A program made the translations under genes and the position numbers. A stretch of 63,040 bases of DNA, counting the filler, from Sphacelaria rigidula (Eukaryota): NCBI GenBank assembly GCA_964200075.2. It is 7 parts of 7 records of this genome, joined end to end, with 100 filler letters (N's around TTAATTAATTAA, not from the genome) between each part and the next. Parts side by side here need not be neighbours in the genome. Positions count along the whole stretch, not along the records: positions 1 to 8,921 come from CAXNAA020009748.1; positions 9,022 to 17,942 come from CAXNAA020009749.1; 5 more parts are not named here. One strand, given 5' to 3'. Positions within the stretch are counted from its first letter, which is position 1, and the number at the start of each line of letters is the position of its first letter. A model generated the notes under the pieces. That model saw only the letters and a program-made list of their open reading frames with translations, was not told the DNA's origin and ran no database searches. Positions 1-12,610 of the stretch are shown here, piece by piece.

Positions 1-221
1 CGTCACGAGTCGACTCATCATACTAAAACCAAGTAATTTTCAGACGAATCATTATTTGTCCGACCCTTGGACATCTTCCCACTCGGTTGGTCGAAACATC
101 CTACTGTACCTGTCGGGAAGATGAGGATGTGGTCGTGTCGAACAAGTTTTCCTGCAGTACGTTCCGTGGGATGGTATCATCTTACATCACTGTAAATTTG
201 TGTCGTCCTGTATGAGCCGGT

Positions 222-300
222 CCCCCCGGTGGCTCAGTTGATAATGTCGACACTAGTGGGCCATGGGTTCAAATCTTGAAGCGATCGGGGATTTGTTTCT
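222..300 (+). mobile_element. tRNA-derived SINE head, family A (degenerate); paralogues at ~5855-5940 and 26793-26875
   Basis: A-box-like TGGCTCAGTTG and B-box-like GGTTCAAATC followed by a shared non-tRNA tail. No complete acceptor stem. Confidence 0.6.
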
Positions 301-362
301 CACACGATGCCTAACAGTGGAGGGCGACCATGTCGTGTGGGTACACAAACTTCGATGTGATG

Positions 363-566
363 GTCGACGAGAGGAAGGGACTGCTAACCCCCCCTCGCGT
401 TAAAAAATAAAACGTAAGCAACGCAGAAGAAAGGTGAAACACTAGAACAAAGAGAAAACAAGAAACTTTTGTGTTGACCGTCCTCCTCTGTGACCCCGGC
501 TGGTTGGCCCACATATATAAAAAAGGGTAGACCGGCGTCCAGAACAGATGGAACGACAAGAAACAC
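363..566 (+). mobile_element. Short ~210-bp interspersed repeat with a CA-rich tail (SINE-like); other copies ~5999-6210, 7808-8018, 9022-9079 (3' end), 30160-30384 (minus), 41262-41295 (3' end)
   Basis: Copies begin GTCGAC-AGGGGAAGGGA-TGCTGAACCC and end GGCGTCCAGAA-AGATGG-ACGACAA(CA)n. Confidence 0.75.
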
Positions 567-2946
567 TGTAAAGCAGCCCCCGCAGTGTGTTTACTCGCTC
601 TGTGTGTTGTGAGTTTTGTTTGAGGTTATGCCTTTCAATGTAGTATGCGAGCATGTGAAGAGCATGCGCGAGTGCACAAACGAGGTGGTGCAGAGAAGGC
701 GCGTTGCTGTGATTCGCGCCCACTTTGGAAGAAGTTGGCCGTGTCTTGTAATGGATTTCAGGCCGTTGGTTTCAACGTACATGGTGTTTTCACCCTGTTC
801 TCTTCAATCTAGCCCGTTTTGACTATGGACATATTGTCATGGTGAGCTGTATGGCCATCCAACACAGTTCTGTGAGTGGTTTTGTTCACCAACCGAAGTA
901 TCATCCCCTTGTGCGGTGTTGTCTAAAGCTTTCGCAGCCGTCTGGTGGTCCGCAGCAAAGCTGCAGGGGTAGATGGTTCAGAGTACGTTGTTGTTTTTTT
1001 CATCTCCGTTTGTTAATATTCATTAGCGTCCCATCGTCTCGAAAACAAAATTGAAGTTCCTGACGGCGGTGCTGTACTGACGCATGAAGACACATAATAA
1101 ATGAAGTCGGAATTCCTGACGGCGTTGCTGATACGTACGTACCCGAGTAGGCAGTATAGCGTCCGCTCTGACGGATTGATGCTAAGTACATACTACAAGG
1201 CTACCGTTGTACAGGACTGCGAAAACAATCCCTGTCAGGTCAGAATGAGAGCCAAGGTGGGAACCAAGATGACATACCGTATCGCCCTGTCCGTCGTCTT
1301 GGGCCATATTTTTCCCTACGGTGATGTCTCGCCGCCCATGCTAGTTCGTCATACCTCATCACTTTCCCCTTTCATCACCATTCCAAGGGTGGGTGTTTAT
1401 CTCGCCATCTGTACATACCCGTAGCTCGCGAAGCGGTAATTCCTTGACTCGACACGATTTTTTGTTTTAGATTCGCTACACCCTTATGTTGATCGACAAA
1501 ATCGTGGAAATCGGCGAATCAGCACTGATTTCACCCGATGTGTACTGCCGCTGTACGTTACCGCTAATCGACGAATTTGTCATCCGATGTAAAACGGCAC
1601 TGTGAAAATAATATTCACTCCCCGCTTGAGCTCATCGGCGACTTTTATTTTATTTCCGCTCGTGCTCATCGATGAATCTGTAATGTTTTGATCCGACTAG
1701 GGCTGCCGCTGTACGTTGGCTATGATCGGCGAATATGTCAATGCAATGAAATGGTACGTTACGACGCGACATACACAGCCGTGCGTCGTAATCGATTTTT
1801 TTTCTTTTTTCCTCGTGCCATTTGTTTTGTTGTGGTCCTCAACGACGATTTGGGAAGTTTTGACTCTTTCATGGTGCAGATTTCGATACGTTGCATTTGT
1901 CGGTTGAGCCGACGTGTATACCCGCGATGCAATCGTGCTCATGGGCAATTTTTTCAAATTTTACTCTCCGCTCCTGGTCGTTGCGGATTATAAATCATTC
2001 CTATTTTTTCATGCAGATTGCGATACGTTGCATTTTTCGGACGAGCCGACGTGTACAGCCGCCATACGATCGTACTTATCGATTATTTTTTCGGATTTTA
2101 CACCCCGCTCGTCCTTGTCTGCAAACTAGTATTCTCCCTCCGACGGACGAACCGATATTCAAACTGTCTCGCCAGCACGCAACCCGTGCCCCATAACTAT
2201 TTCCGGCGCCCCTAACACAGGCTCCGTTGTGCTACACATGTATATGTCGGCCTCACTGATTTCCATCAACGTTCCGAGTTGAGTGTAGTGGCTGAGAACG
2301 TTTTTCCGACCGGAGGAAACCTCAAGGCACAGTTTTTATGGCTACCTCCCACAAGGGGTCGACGGGGTAATACTTTCGTTTTCCCGGGTGCTGCTATCCT
2401 GCGACGCCGAGGACGTCGGATACGATCTAGCTTGCAGCTTGCTCTTGAGACCTGAGGCGACCTCCTTGGTGTCCTCAGCACGGCAGGCTGGCAGTTCCCA
2501 GGAAGACGGACGTATGTCGCTGTCGACCCCTTGCGGGAGGTACCTGAAACCCTGTGCCTTGAGGTCCCCTTTGACGGGAAACCCCTTCTTACCGACTGAC
2601 TGCACAAGCCGCTCGATCGCGGATGATAATGGATATCACTGGGGTTGTCAACAAAATATTCCTACGCTCCTCTTGTGCGGGGAGGACAGCTGGTCTATTC
2701 ATTATTTTTTTTTCTCGAAATATTTGCGCCCGCCGCTGTTCTGATTTTGCGGAAATTGTCTTTCATTATTCGATTACTTTTTGAACCATTTTCTTTCCCC
2801 CTCGTCCAAAAACAAAAACTAATAATCCCACATACCAGAGCAATCATATATCCCATCCCATCTCAAACCTTGACATACTGTTTGGGTTAAAAACAAAGAA
2901 GCCTATGAAAAGATATTGCATGCTGAAATGAGGTTCAAGCCCAAAA

Positions 2947-3251
2947 CAGTGCTTCTCCACACTCTCAGCGATGGTGTTCAATGACTTTTTTGTCGGCCAA
3001 ATAAATGCCCCTCGGACGCGTAAATACTTCATCGCATTTTACCGACTACGTGAACTTACAGCACTGACCTGAACCGTCATTTCCCCTGCTATCACACCCA
3101 AAATCAGGAGAAATGACGGTTTCGGTCAGTGCTGTAAGCTCACATAGTCGGCAAAATGCGCTGAGAAAGTATGTACGCAATCGAGGGGCATTTATTTGGC
3201 CGACCAAAAAGTCATCGCGCACCGTTGCTGAACGTGTGGAGAAGTGCACCG
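2947..3251. mobile_element. Fold-back MITE with ~140-bp inverted arms
   Basis: Left arm cagtgcttctccacac...ccgtcatttcccctg is the reverse complement of caggagaaatgacgg...gtgtggagaagtgcaccg. Spacer about 16 nt. CAGTG start resembles Tc1 TIRs. Confidence 0.75.
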
Positions 3252-5055
3252 TCTATATCCAATCCCCAGCCGAGGTACAACTTCCTGACTCCAGGATATA
3301 ACATTCGGAACAAATAGTGCGGGGAAAGTGGATCAGTTCGTGCTCCGGTCTGGGCGTGAAAGAGTAGGCACTAAGTCCGAATCCTGACAGTAATTGATGA
3401 TTAATTTGACATGTTTGTATCTTGGAAGCTTTTTTAACGTGAATGACGAAAAAACGAGCGACGCGCGGGCTTTGAGAGTGCTGATCCACGTCTCGACAAA
3501 AGATGTAGAGGATGTCTACTGTACCGGGGGAAAAAGTGCGATGTATCCCCGGAGACACGGGACTCCTTCCGATGAAGAGGGGAGAGAGGGCCCTGGGTCG
3601 ACGGTATACCGAAAAATACCAGAACGGTTGCTTTTGTCACGTACAATCGTGTGGATGGATGAATGTATCGTTTTGGTTCCTGAGGATATTGTGTACTTCA
3701 GCCCAAAGTTCGGGAAAATCCACGATACAAGCCACGAACAAGTCGTGACTAAACCAGCAAAATGGGAAATTAAGTACAGTCAAGACACGTAGGAAGACGT
3801 GGTGGGTCGGCGTTGACGTCTCGGGCGGCGATTTCCCTATATATACATAATCGTGTTTCATAACAAGACTTCTGATTGAGGCGCACTTTATGTTCAGTCC
3901 TTCGGTATGTTATGGTTTTATTTTTTCAGATATATAGCACGAAGAGATTAGTGTAGTGGTCATGGATATTAGCATTTGATGTGTGTGTCTTGTATTCAAT
4001 GCGTGTGTTTGTGGAAGCTCGGAGGCGATATGAAGGAAGAGGGTCAGTTCTATGGTCGATGTACTGTATGTTCTCTCCCTCACGTCATGTTGCTACGGCG
4101 CCCTGGTGGGTCGAGTAGTACATGTAGATCGTGAAGATCAAGGCAAGGCGGAAGGACAAAAGTTGATATCCAGGCTGTAATCTGATCAATGCTTTTACCC
4201 TCGGAGGAGTAGATGTGATACCTATCGTTGAAAGCGTGCGCTTGTCAGTGCCGGAAATTTGCTGACAAAGGTGACGCGGTGCGGGCGTGTTTATCCAACC
4301 CGCGATACGAATGTATCGGCCACGTTGGGGGAAATGAGTTGAGTACAGTACGGACTGGTCTGGAAAAAGGGGAAGGCTTCTGAGTATAAAGAGAGGAACA
4401 TAACTTCGTGGGCTGTCTTTCGTAGTGTATCTATCTACAGGCATCGTCCTTTTTCGAGATGTTCACAAAATTTATCAAGGACGTGTGCAGCCTCTCATTT
4501 TTAAATCCAGCGCTTGGCACCATGTTGATCTTGATGAGATAGGTAGCCTGTGTCTACTACAAAGCACAGCACATTCATAACGGCACACCACACAATGAGG
4601 CGACATGATGTACACTCACGTGGCTTGAACCCTCCATCAACGACATCTTCCCCGATGCTGCTGCTGTGCATCTGCTGTACCTCGGGTGTATCGTTTACTG
4701 GTATTGGTGCAGGACACATCTCGCATGTTGTATATGTCGACCCGGTGTCTCCCGAGTGGGAGACTTCCCTGCTGTAAGTGGTCTGTGTCTGTAGCGATAT
4801 TGCAGCTGATCTTAGTAACATTTCTACGTGAGCACCAGAGCATTTGTATTCGCGGTTGGTCGCCACCCGTGTCGCTCGTAGGTGTGGCTATACCGGGATC
4901 CGCTTCTCCCCGCTTTTTGCGGATGGCGTGTTCGGCACTTGATCGACACGTGGTCTGTTTCACATTCGTACTGAAGTGGCCATGGCACTGTTCATTGGTG
5001 ACGGTACGTATTATGGTCGTGTTCTCTCCTTGGTATGATTCCCTCTCGTGGTCAG

Positions 5056-5127
5056 GCGATATCCCGCGGGAGTTGCCTCGCCTCGGTCGTCTTCGGAAGC
5101 TGAACCTTGGCATCAACAGACTAACTG
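5056..5127 (+). CDS. Single 72-nt phase-1/1 exon encoding one 24-aa leucine-rich repeat (LRR-ROCO/LRR-GTPase-type protein)
   Basis: gtcag|GC GAT ATC CCG...CTA ACT G|gtgagt translates to GDIPRELPRLGRLRKLNLGINRLTG. This matches the plant-type LRR consensus GxIPxELxxLxxLxxLxLxxNxLTG. Confidence 0.85.
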
Positions 5128-5496
5128 GTGAGTCAAAGGTCGAGTAAGTGCCGCGACGAAAGCCGTGTTGCTTTGCAGGTTTGTCATCGTGTATGTACCC
5201 GGTGCTCGAAGCAAGTCTGTCGACGAACGTCTCGTGCCGACTTGATGGTTGACTGTCCCGTCGTCTCTCGTACTCACGATGCAAGCACAGACACAGCTGT
5301 ACAAATATGAGATACAGTACGTGGTTCAGATATCGTGCCGTAGTTGGTCTGTGTGTTGGATCACACGGGCGACAGCGGCGATTATCACCGTCCTTTTTTC
5401 CACATTTGTCACATTTGTGGCCCATGTTGCAAACGTAGTTCACCAAGCTGCTCTGTTATAGCTAAACACAGTACGTCATGACTCAACGAAAGAAAC

Positions 5497-8400
5497 TTGA
5501 GACGTATTCCCATGCTGGTTGAAGGATCTTACTGTACCTGGAGGAAATATGAGGATGTGCTAGTGTCATTCAAGCCTTCCTGCAGTACGTTCCGTGAGAT
5601 GGTGTTATCATTGATGGATTGATGAATTGAGTGATTGATCGATCGATTGTCGCAGTTTGACCGACCCCCCCCCGGGATCCAGCCGTGGTCTCATGATGGA
5701 TGTACAAAAAATAGAACTGAAATACCCACTAGGGGAAAAACAAAACGGAAAATAAAAAGTCGAACTGAACGACGTAGTAGACTGAGACGTGAAAAGAAGA
5801 AAAAGCATTATCCTACACTACCCTACAATATGTGTCGTTCTATACGAGGCGGTTCCCCCGGAACTCAGTTGATAACTTCGAAACCGTCTGACGGGTGGCC
5901 ATGGGTTCAAATCTCGGAGCGATGGGGGATTCGTTTCTCACACAATATCTAACAGTGGAGAGCGATGATGTCGTGGGAACACAACATTCGACTCCACGGT
6001 CGACGAGGGGAAGGGACTGCTGAACCCCTTTCGCGATGAAAATAAAAAGCAAGTGCCGCAGAAGGAAGGTGCAGCACTGAAACAGACGGAAACCGAGAAA
6101 CTCTTGTGTTGACCTTCCTCCTGTGTGACCCCGGCTGGTGCGCTCACAAATACCGAAAGGTGTAGACCGGCGTCCAAAATAGATGGGACGACAATACACA
6201 CAACACACACTGTACCGCAGCCCCCGCAGTATGTTTACTTGCCTTGTGTGTTGTGAGTTTTGTTTGAGGCCATGCCTTTCGATGTAGCATGCGAGCATGT
6301 GAAGAACATACAAGTGCACAAACGAGTTGATGCCGAGGAGGCGCATCGTCGTGATCCGCGGCCACTTTGAAAAAAAGCTTGCCGTGTCTTGTTGACGGAT
6401 TTCAGGCCCCTAGTTTCGACGTCTCATTTATCGTCATTCTTGTCTCTTTCATGTAGGCCTTTTTGATCATGGACATATTGTCATGGTGAGCTATCACTGC
6501 CCTCGGAGTGGGTTTGTTCAACAACCGAAGTATCAACCCCTTGTGCGGTGCTGTCCCTATAGCCTTCGCAGCCGACTGGTGGTCCGCAGCACGGCTGCAG
6601 GGGCGGATGGTTCAGAGTACGTTGTTGTTTTCTCATCTCGGTTTGTTTATTTTCACTAGCGTCCCATCGTCTCGAGAATAAGATTGAAATTCCTAACGGC
6701 GTTACTGACACATTGATACATATAACAAATAACATTGAAGCTCGCAACGGCGTTACTGATCCGTACGTACGTGAGTGAGCAGTACGGCGTCCACTCTGAC
6801 GGATATAAGCTACATACATACTACAACGCTACCGTTGTAAAAATATACAAGAATACGGCAGACATACTACGACAGTACCGTTGTATACGACTGCCAAGAA
6901 CAAGCAATCGCTGTCAAGTCAGAATGAGTGCCAAGGTGGGAATCAAGATGTCATATCGTATCGCGCTGTCCATCGTCTTGGGCCATATTTTCCCCTCGGG
7001 TAAAATGTCTCGCCGTCAACGCTAATCCGCCATACCTCATCGTTTTCCCCCTTCATCACCATTCCAAGAATGGGTGTTTATCTCGCCATCTGTACGTACC
7101 CATAGCTCGCGAAGCGGTAAGTTCTTGACCCGACACGATTTTGTTTTTCACTTTACTGTACCGACACTTTCTACGATAGCCCCCCTTATGTCGATCGACA
7201 TAATAGTGGAAATCGGCTAATCAGCACTGATTCTACCCGACGTGCACTGCCGCTGTAGTTCCACGATAAACGGCGAAATTGTCGTGGAATCTAAAATGGC
7301 CCTGTGAGAAAATATTCACTCCCCGTTCGTGGTCATCGACGTATCTGTCATGTTTCGATCCGACTAGCGCTGCCGCTGTACGTTCGCTATGACGAGCGAA
7401 TTTGTAAATGTAGGAAATTGATACGTTACGACGCGACATAAACAGCCGTTCGTGGTGATCGGCAAATTTCAATGTTTCCCTCGCGCCATTTGTTTGGTTC
7501 TTGTGCTCAACGACGGTTTAATAAGTTTCACCTCTTTCATGGTGCAAATTTTGATACGTTGAATTTCGCGGACGACCCAACGTCCAAAGCCCCTCTGCAA
7601 TCGCTCATCGGTCAAATGGTCAAATTTTACTCCCCGGTCGTGATCGTCGGCGAATCGGTGAAATATTCCCACGTTTTCGCTCAAATTCCGATATGTTGCA
7701 TTTCTCGGTTGAGCCGACGTGTGTAGCTGCTCTTCAATCGTGCTCATGGGCAATTTTTCAAATTACTAACCCTAACCCTAACCCTTGAGTCAAACTTTGA
7801 CTCAACGGTCGACAAGGGGAAGGGAGTGCTGAACCCCTTTCGCGATGAAAAACAAAGGCAAGCATCGCTGAACGAAGGTGTACTATAAACACAAAACTAA
7901 ATCAAAGCTCCTGTGTTGACCTTCCTCCTGTGTGACCCCGGCCGGTGCGCCCACAAATACCAAAAGGCGTTGAGCGGCGCCCAGAATAGATGGGACGAAA
8001 ACACTCACACACACACCACGTCTCTATTGTTTTGTGCAGAGTGCGATACGTTGGATTTCTCGGAAGAGCCGACGTGTACAGCCGCCGTACGATCGTGCGT
8101 ATCGCTTATTTTTTCAAATTTTGCTCCCCGCGCATCCTCGTCGGCAAACTGGTAATTTTTCGCTCCAACGGAGGAACCGATATGTCGAGCTGTCTCGCCA
8201 CCACGCAACCCGTTCCCCATCACTATTTCTGGCGCCCCCAACACAGCCTCAATTGTGCTGTACATTCATGTATCGGCCCCTCTGATATCCATCAACGTCC
8301 CGAGTTTGGTGTAGTTGCTGAGAACGGTTTTCCCACCGGAGCTGCGAGCTGCGCTGCCAGCCTGCGACGCCGGAGACGCCAAGGAGGTCGCAAACGATGT

Positions 8401-8800
8401 AGCTTGCAGCTTGAACTGACTGCTTGAGCTCTTAGGACCTGATGCGACCTCCTTGGCGCCCTCAGCATCGCAGGCTGGCAGCACGTGGGAAGACGGAGGC
8501 ATGTTCCCGTCGACCCCCGGTGGGAGGTACCTGTATAACCCTGTGCCTTGAAGTCCCCCTCGACGGGAAACTCCTTCTCATCGACTAAACAACGCGCTCG
8601 ATCAGAGACGATGATGGATTTCACGGGGGTCGCCAGCAAAATATATCAACGCTCCTCTTGTGCGAAGGACCGCTGGTCTGTTCATTACCGTTTTGTCGAA
8701 ATATTTTCGCCCGCCCGCTGGTCTGATTTTGCGGCAAATGATCGCATAAGCGAAATATTTTCCGATTCATGTTGTCCTTACCTTGTCCAAAAAAATAAAA
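5497..8800 (+). repeat. Copy 2 of the segmental duplication, with extra insertions at ~5611-5808 and ~7766-8018
   Basis: Colinear with 60-2760. The two insertions are absent from copy 1. Confidence 0.9.
5611..5808 (-). mobile_element. 3' end of a retroposon family with a (TCAA)n tail; related copies ~46600-46688 (+), 47175-47270 (-), 62619-62760 (-)
   Basis: Shared gattgattg...gtcgca-ttt-ac-gacc-ccc-ggg-tccagccgtgg---catga motif. Inserted in duplication copy 2 only. Confidence 0.6.
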
Positions 8801-8921
8801 TTCAATCATCCATCCTTCAAACAGTCTTCAATTAACAATTTTTCAACATATAGAGGTAACTAATATCACGATTATTCTGATCTTTAGTTCTAGGTCGCTC
8901 ACAGCGCAGCGGGGAAACTCG

Positions 8922-9021
8922 NNNNNNNNNNNNNNNNNNNNNNNNNNNNNNNNNNNNNNNNNNNNTTAATTAATTAANNNNNNNNNNNNNNNNNNNNNNN
9001 NNNNNNNNNNNNNNNNNNNNN
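8922..9021. other. Artificial contig linker (N44-TTAATTAATTAA-N44)
   Basis: Exactly 100 bp with a six-frame-stop 12-mer in the centre. Identical linkers recur every ~9,020 bp. Confidence 0.97.
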
Positions 9022-9079
9022 ACCGAGAGGTGCAGACTGGTGCCCAGAATAAATGGGACGACAACACACACACACACAC

Positions 9080-9352
9080 CGTACCCGCCCAATCCGGTAT
9101 TGTCAAAACTCATACCTACGATACCTATGATACCACGGTATTTCGAGATTTCCCCATACCTACCGTACCCGCCCAATCCGGTATTTTCAACACTCATACC
9201 TACGATACCTACGATACCAGGGTATTCCGAGATTTCAGTACCTACCGTATCCGCCCAATCCGGTATTGTCAAAACTCATACCTACGATACCTACGCATAT
9301 CACGGTATGGGATACCCCGGTAAATACCGGGGGTATACCCGGTATTTACCGA
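9080..9352 (+). repeat. 82-bp tandem array (~2.5 units) ending in a palindromic cap
   Basis: Unit cgtacccgcccaatccggtatt-tcaaa--tcatacctacgatacc-acgataccacggtatttcgagatttccatacctac. Cap is cggtaaataccggg-ggtata-cccggtatttaccg. Confidence 0.9.
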
Positions 9353-9871
9353 ACGCGATATACTCCCCACGATGCAGCAGCTGGTGCCAACCCACGCTGA
9401 GTCCACAAGTTGTCGAAGCAGGCACATCTTGTTTTCCCAAGTAATTAATACCCAGATTCTCCCTAAATTGCGGGTTTGGATTGATTCGAATGAATTATTC
9501 CGATGTTCTCTGATGTTTTGGTACGTGGATATGAATATTAGATGATCATTTGAAGGTATACATTGTTCCATGTCGAAGATGAGCATGATACGCAAAAATA
9601 TTCCATGTGCAAGCAAACAAGCGGGAAACACCCGAAAATGAGGAAAAACAAAAAAACGAGGGGTCGCAGGAGGCAAACAAAATACACAACAATGTGCCAA
9701 AATACCAATGAAATAACCTTCCATATTTATATACCGTAAATACTGCGCGATTGCCGGGTGCTCTGAATGAAAAAATACAATTAGACATAGAGGGGCAAAC
9801 CCTACTCTCACGTACTACTGCAGTGAAACGCTTCGCACTGCCAGATGACGGTTTTGAATTTGGTATAGAGG

Positions 9872-10684
9872 GTGATACAGGTACCCGGTACCGGTATTTG
9901 GGACATTTCATACCCCACTGATACCGACCCAACCCGGTGTTTTCAAATGTCATACAGTACCTACGATACCTACGATACCACGATATTTCGAGATTTCCAT
10001 ACCTGCCGTACCCGCTTAATCCGGTGTTTTCAAAGCTCATACCTGCGATACCCACGATACCACGGTATTTCGAGATTTCCATACCTACCGTACCCGCCCA
10101 ATCCGGTATTTTCAAATGTCATACCTACGACACCCACGATACCACGGTATTTCGAGATTTCCATACCTACCGTACCCGCCCAATCCGGTGTTTTCAACAC
10201 TCATACCTACGATACCCACGATACCACGGTATTTCGAGATTTCCATACCTACACCCGCCCAATGCGGGATTGTCAAATGTCATACCTACGATACCCACGA
10301 TACCACGGTATTTCGAGATTTCCATACCTACCGCACCCGCCCAATCCGGTATTTTCAAATGTCATACCTACGATACCCACGATACCACGGTATTTCGAGA
10401 TTTCCATACCTACCGTACCCGCCCAATGCGGTATTGTCAAATGTCATACCTATGATACCAGGGTATTTCGAGATTTCCATACCTACCGTAGCCGCCCAAT
10501 CCGGTATTGTCAAATATCATACCTACAATACCCACGATACCACGGTATTTCGAGATTTCCATACCTACCATACCCGCCCAATCCGGTATTGTCAAAACTC
10601 ATACCAATGATACCTACGCATACCACGGTATGGGATACCCCGGTAAATACCGGGGGTACTCTCGGTACGGTACCTTACCTACGG
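9872..10684 (+). repeat. 82-bp tandem array (~8-9 units) with the same terminal cap; probable non-autonomous element
   Basis: Period 82 (atacctaccg at 10081 and 10163). Ends cacggtatgggataccccggtaaataccgggggta, as does the 9080 array. Confidence 0.9.
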
Positions 10685-12281
10685 TGCCTGTGGAGTTTTG
10701 TGGGGGAGGTGCATCTCGAGTCGAGACTGGGTGATTTAGCAACTCTATTGCAGGATATGTCCGACGGCATCATGCTTGCCCACCTTTGGCATATTGACGT
10801 TGAAAATGGCGTCATGATATTGAGGATGCATTCTAGCGTAGGTTTTTGCTAGTATTTTCGCCATTAACAAAGGCGCATTATGTGAGGGTTTATCCTTCAA
10901 AAGGTACCTATTAATAGCACGGGCGTCAAGTGTCTCCTCCACGCATTTTTCGAACGTAAAAGGTCCCGGGAGTGTCTACTGGTTCCATGTAAACAAAACA
11001 CGTATACAATACATATTCTGGACATCGTTCGGATATTAACCACATGTCTGGACAAAAAGATCGCGTCTTTCGGTGTAGGTGTGAGTGCAGGATTGTCTCG
11101 AGACGAGTATTACGATTGATGTCAGTGATTGGCTGTCGCATGAACTGATCCACACTACGAATCCAGCTGTGTTCATAAGATCGGCATACTTGGGTACTAC
11201 AATCGGGGGGGGGAAACGTGATGGAGGAAACTCGAGGAAGCGGAGAGGTGGAGCCAGGAGAGAGCGAACGAAGTGAACTGCGAAGAAAAAAGAGGATTTG
11301 CCATATCGATAATTAGAACCGGTCCCGGAGAACAATAGCCGAATATCGCCGTAAGAAGTGAATATCTCCACTTTGTCCAGAGTTTGTGGTTCTGCGCGTT
11401 TTCGTCTTTCCTCATGAATCCTGTTAGTGTACCGTGCGCGAACGAAGACCCTCTAGACTGCGACGGCGGTCCGTTTTCAAAGGTAGATGCATCAATAGGA
11501 GATACTTTTAGATGCACTGGTGTTTTCTGTTGCACGGTATGGCCTCTGCGCTGACATCTCTCGGGGTAGTTAATCCTTGACAGATATATACATAAATTTC
11601 ATCGATGTGGTGGAACAGCTCGTTCTCGCTGTCTTTTTCCATCCACGGTGCCGTTTTTTTGCCTTGGCAAACTCCGTACTCGTCAACACCTGGATACTGA
11701 TAGCTGATCTGTAATACAGCAGCCTGCGGCAGCTCACACGTCAACTGTCTCTCGCATGAGTGACTCTCGCGCGGTGGGTTTTTACCCTGATGAGATCGGC
11801 GAACAAATAGATGGTCTCGAAGGCGGGAGATGTTTCCCTCGCCAGAGGTGTCCTCAGTTGCTGTCCCTCCATGCTGGCCAACCGTTAGGAGAGTCCCTCC
11901 AAGACCCTGAATCACTTTTTTAGCGTTCTGATACACTACCATTTTGCTTGTTCCATGCCTCGTGTCACCAATGAGCGAACTCGTTCGAAATGCGGCAAAG
12001 GCATGGAAATACACGCGCTTTTGGTGTTTGGCACGCTGATCCCCAATCACTCAAAATGCGGGCGTTCCAATTTTGTTTTCGCGCTCCCTCGTGTTTCTCT
12101 TGCCGTGTTACGTTTCACGCGTGATACCATAAAAATGATCCCGCTATGCACCACAGGGATTCGCGGTCGTTTATTCGATGTGTCGACTCCGACGGGGAAA
12201 AGGTGGCCGCGATGACCAAGGCGGCAGAGGCGGATCCTGTGTGCGCTGAGAACATGGCTAACGGGTGAATTTTGCAAAGGT

Positions 12282-12610
12282 AGCCGCGCCCCGGTGGTGT
12301 AATGGTACAATTGACACCATGGGCGCGAGGGAAATGCGGGTTTTATTCCCGCTAAATGCGTCAAGTTTGCCCTTTCCCCTCTACAGTGTTTTATTCACGT
12401 TGTTGAAAAGCGCAAAAGGAAGTGACTAGCAAAAATAATCTTGTTTGCTGAATTTTTAGACGACAATCGATGAGGTGCGGGAGTGCTGATGGTCATGATC
12501 CAATCCGCGATAACAAAATGTCATACATGTACCGTGCGGAAGATGTTTGAACCCCTTGAGACCATGCACTCGCCCCGAGGATGCCTAGGGTCAGAAGTGA
12601 GAAAAAAAAA
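12282..12610 (+). mobile_element. tRNA-derived SINE, family B (diverged copy)
   Basis: gccgcgccccggtggtgtaatggt head. Body similar to the copies at 34284 and 61870. Confidence 0.7.

Larger units (their letters stand above)
60..2760 (+). repeat. Copy 1 of a diverged direct segmental duplication (intronic, composite of TE relics)
   Basis: Colinear similarity with ~5497-8800, e.g. 'cctgcagtacgttccgtg', 'gatggttcagagtacgttgttgtttt', 'tagctcgcgaagcggtaa', 'gggaggtacctg'. Confidence 0.9.

Noticed and set aside
4637-5446. 269-aa minus-strand ORF
   Set aside because: No recognisable domain, and it is antisense to the well-supported LRR exon.
8966-8977. TTAATTAATTAA as a periodic biological motif
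   Set aside because: It is an assembly linker centred in N runs.
9872-10852. 326-aa and overlapping repetitive ORFs
   Set aside because: They arise from the 82-bp repeat, which is not a multiple of 3. The same peptides cycle through all frames, so the region is not protein-coding.
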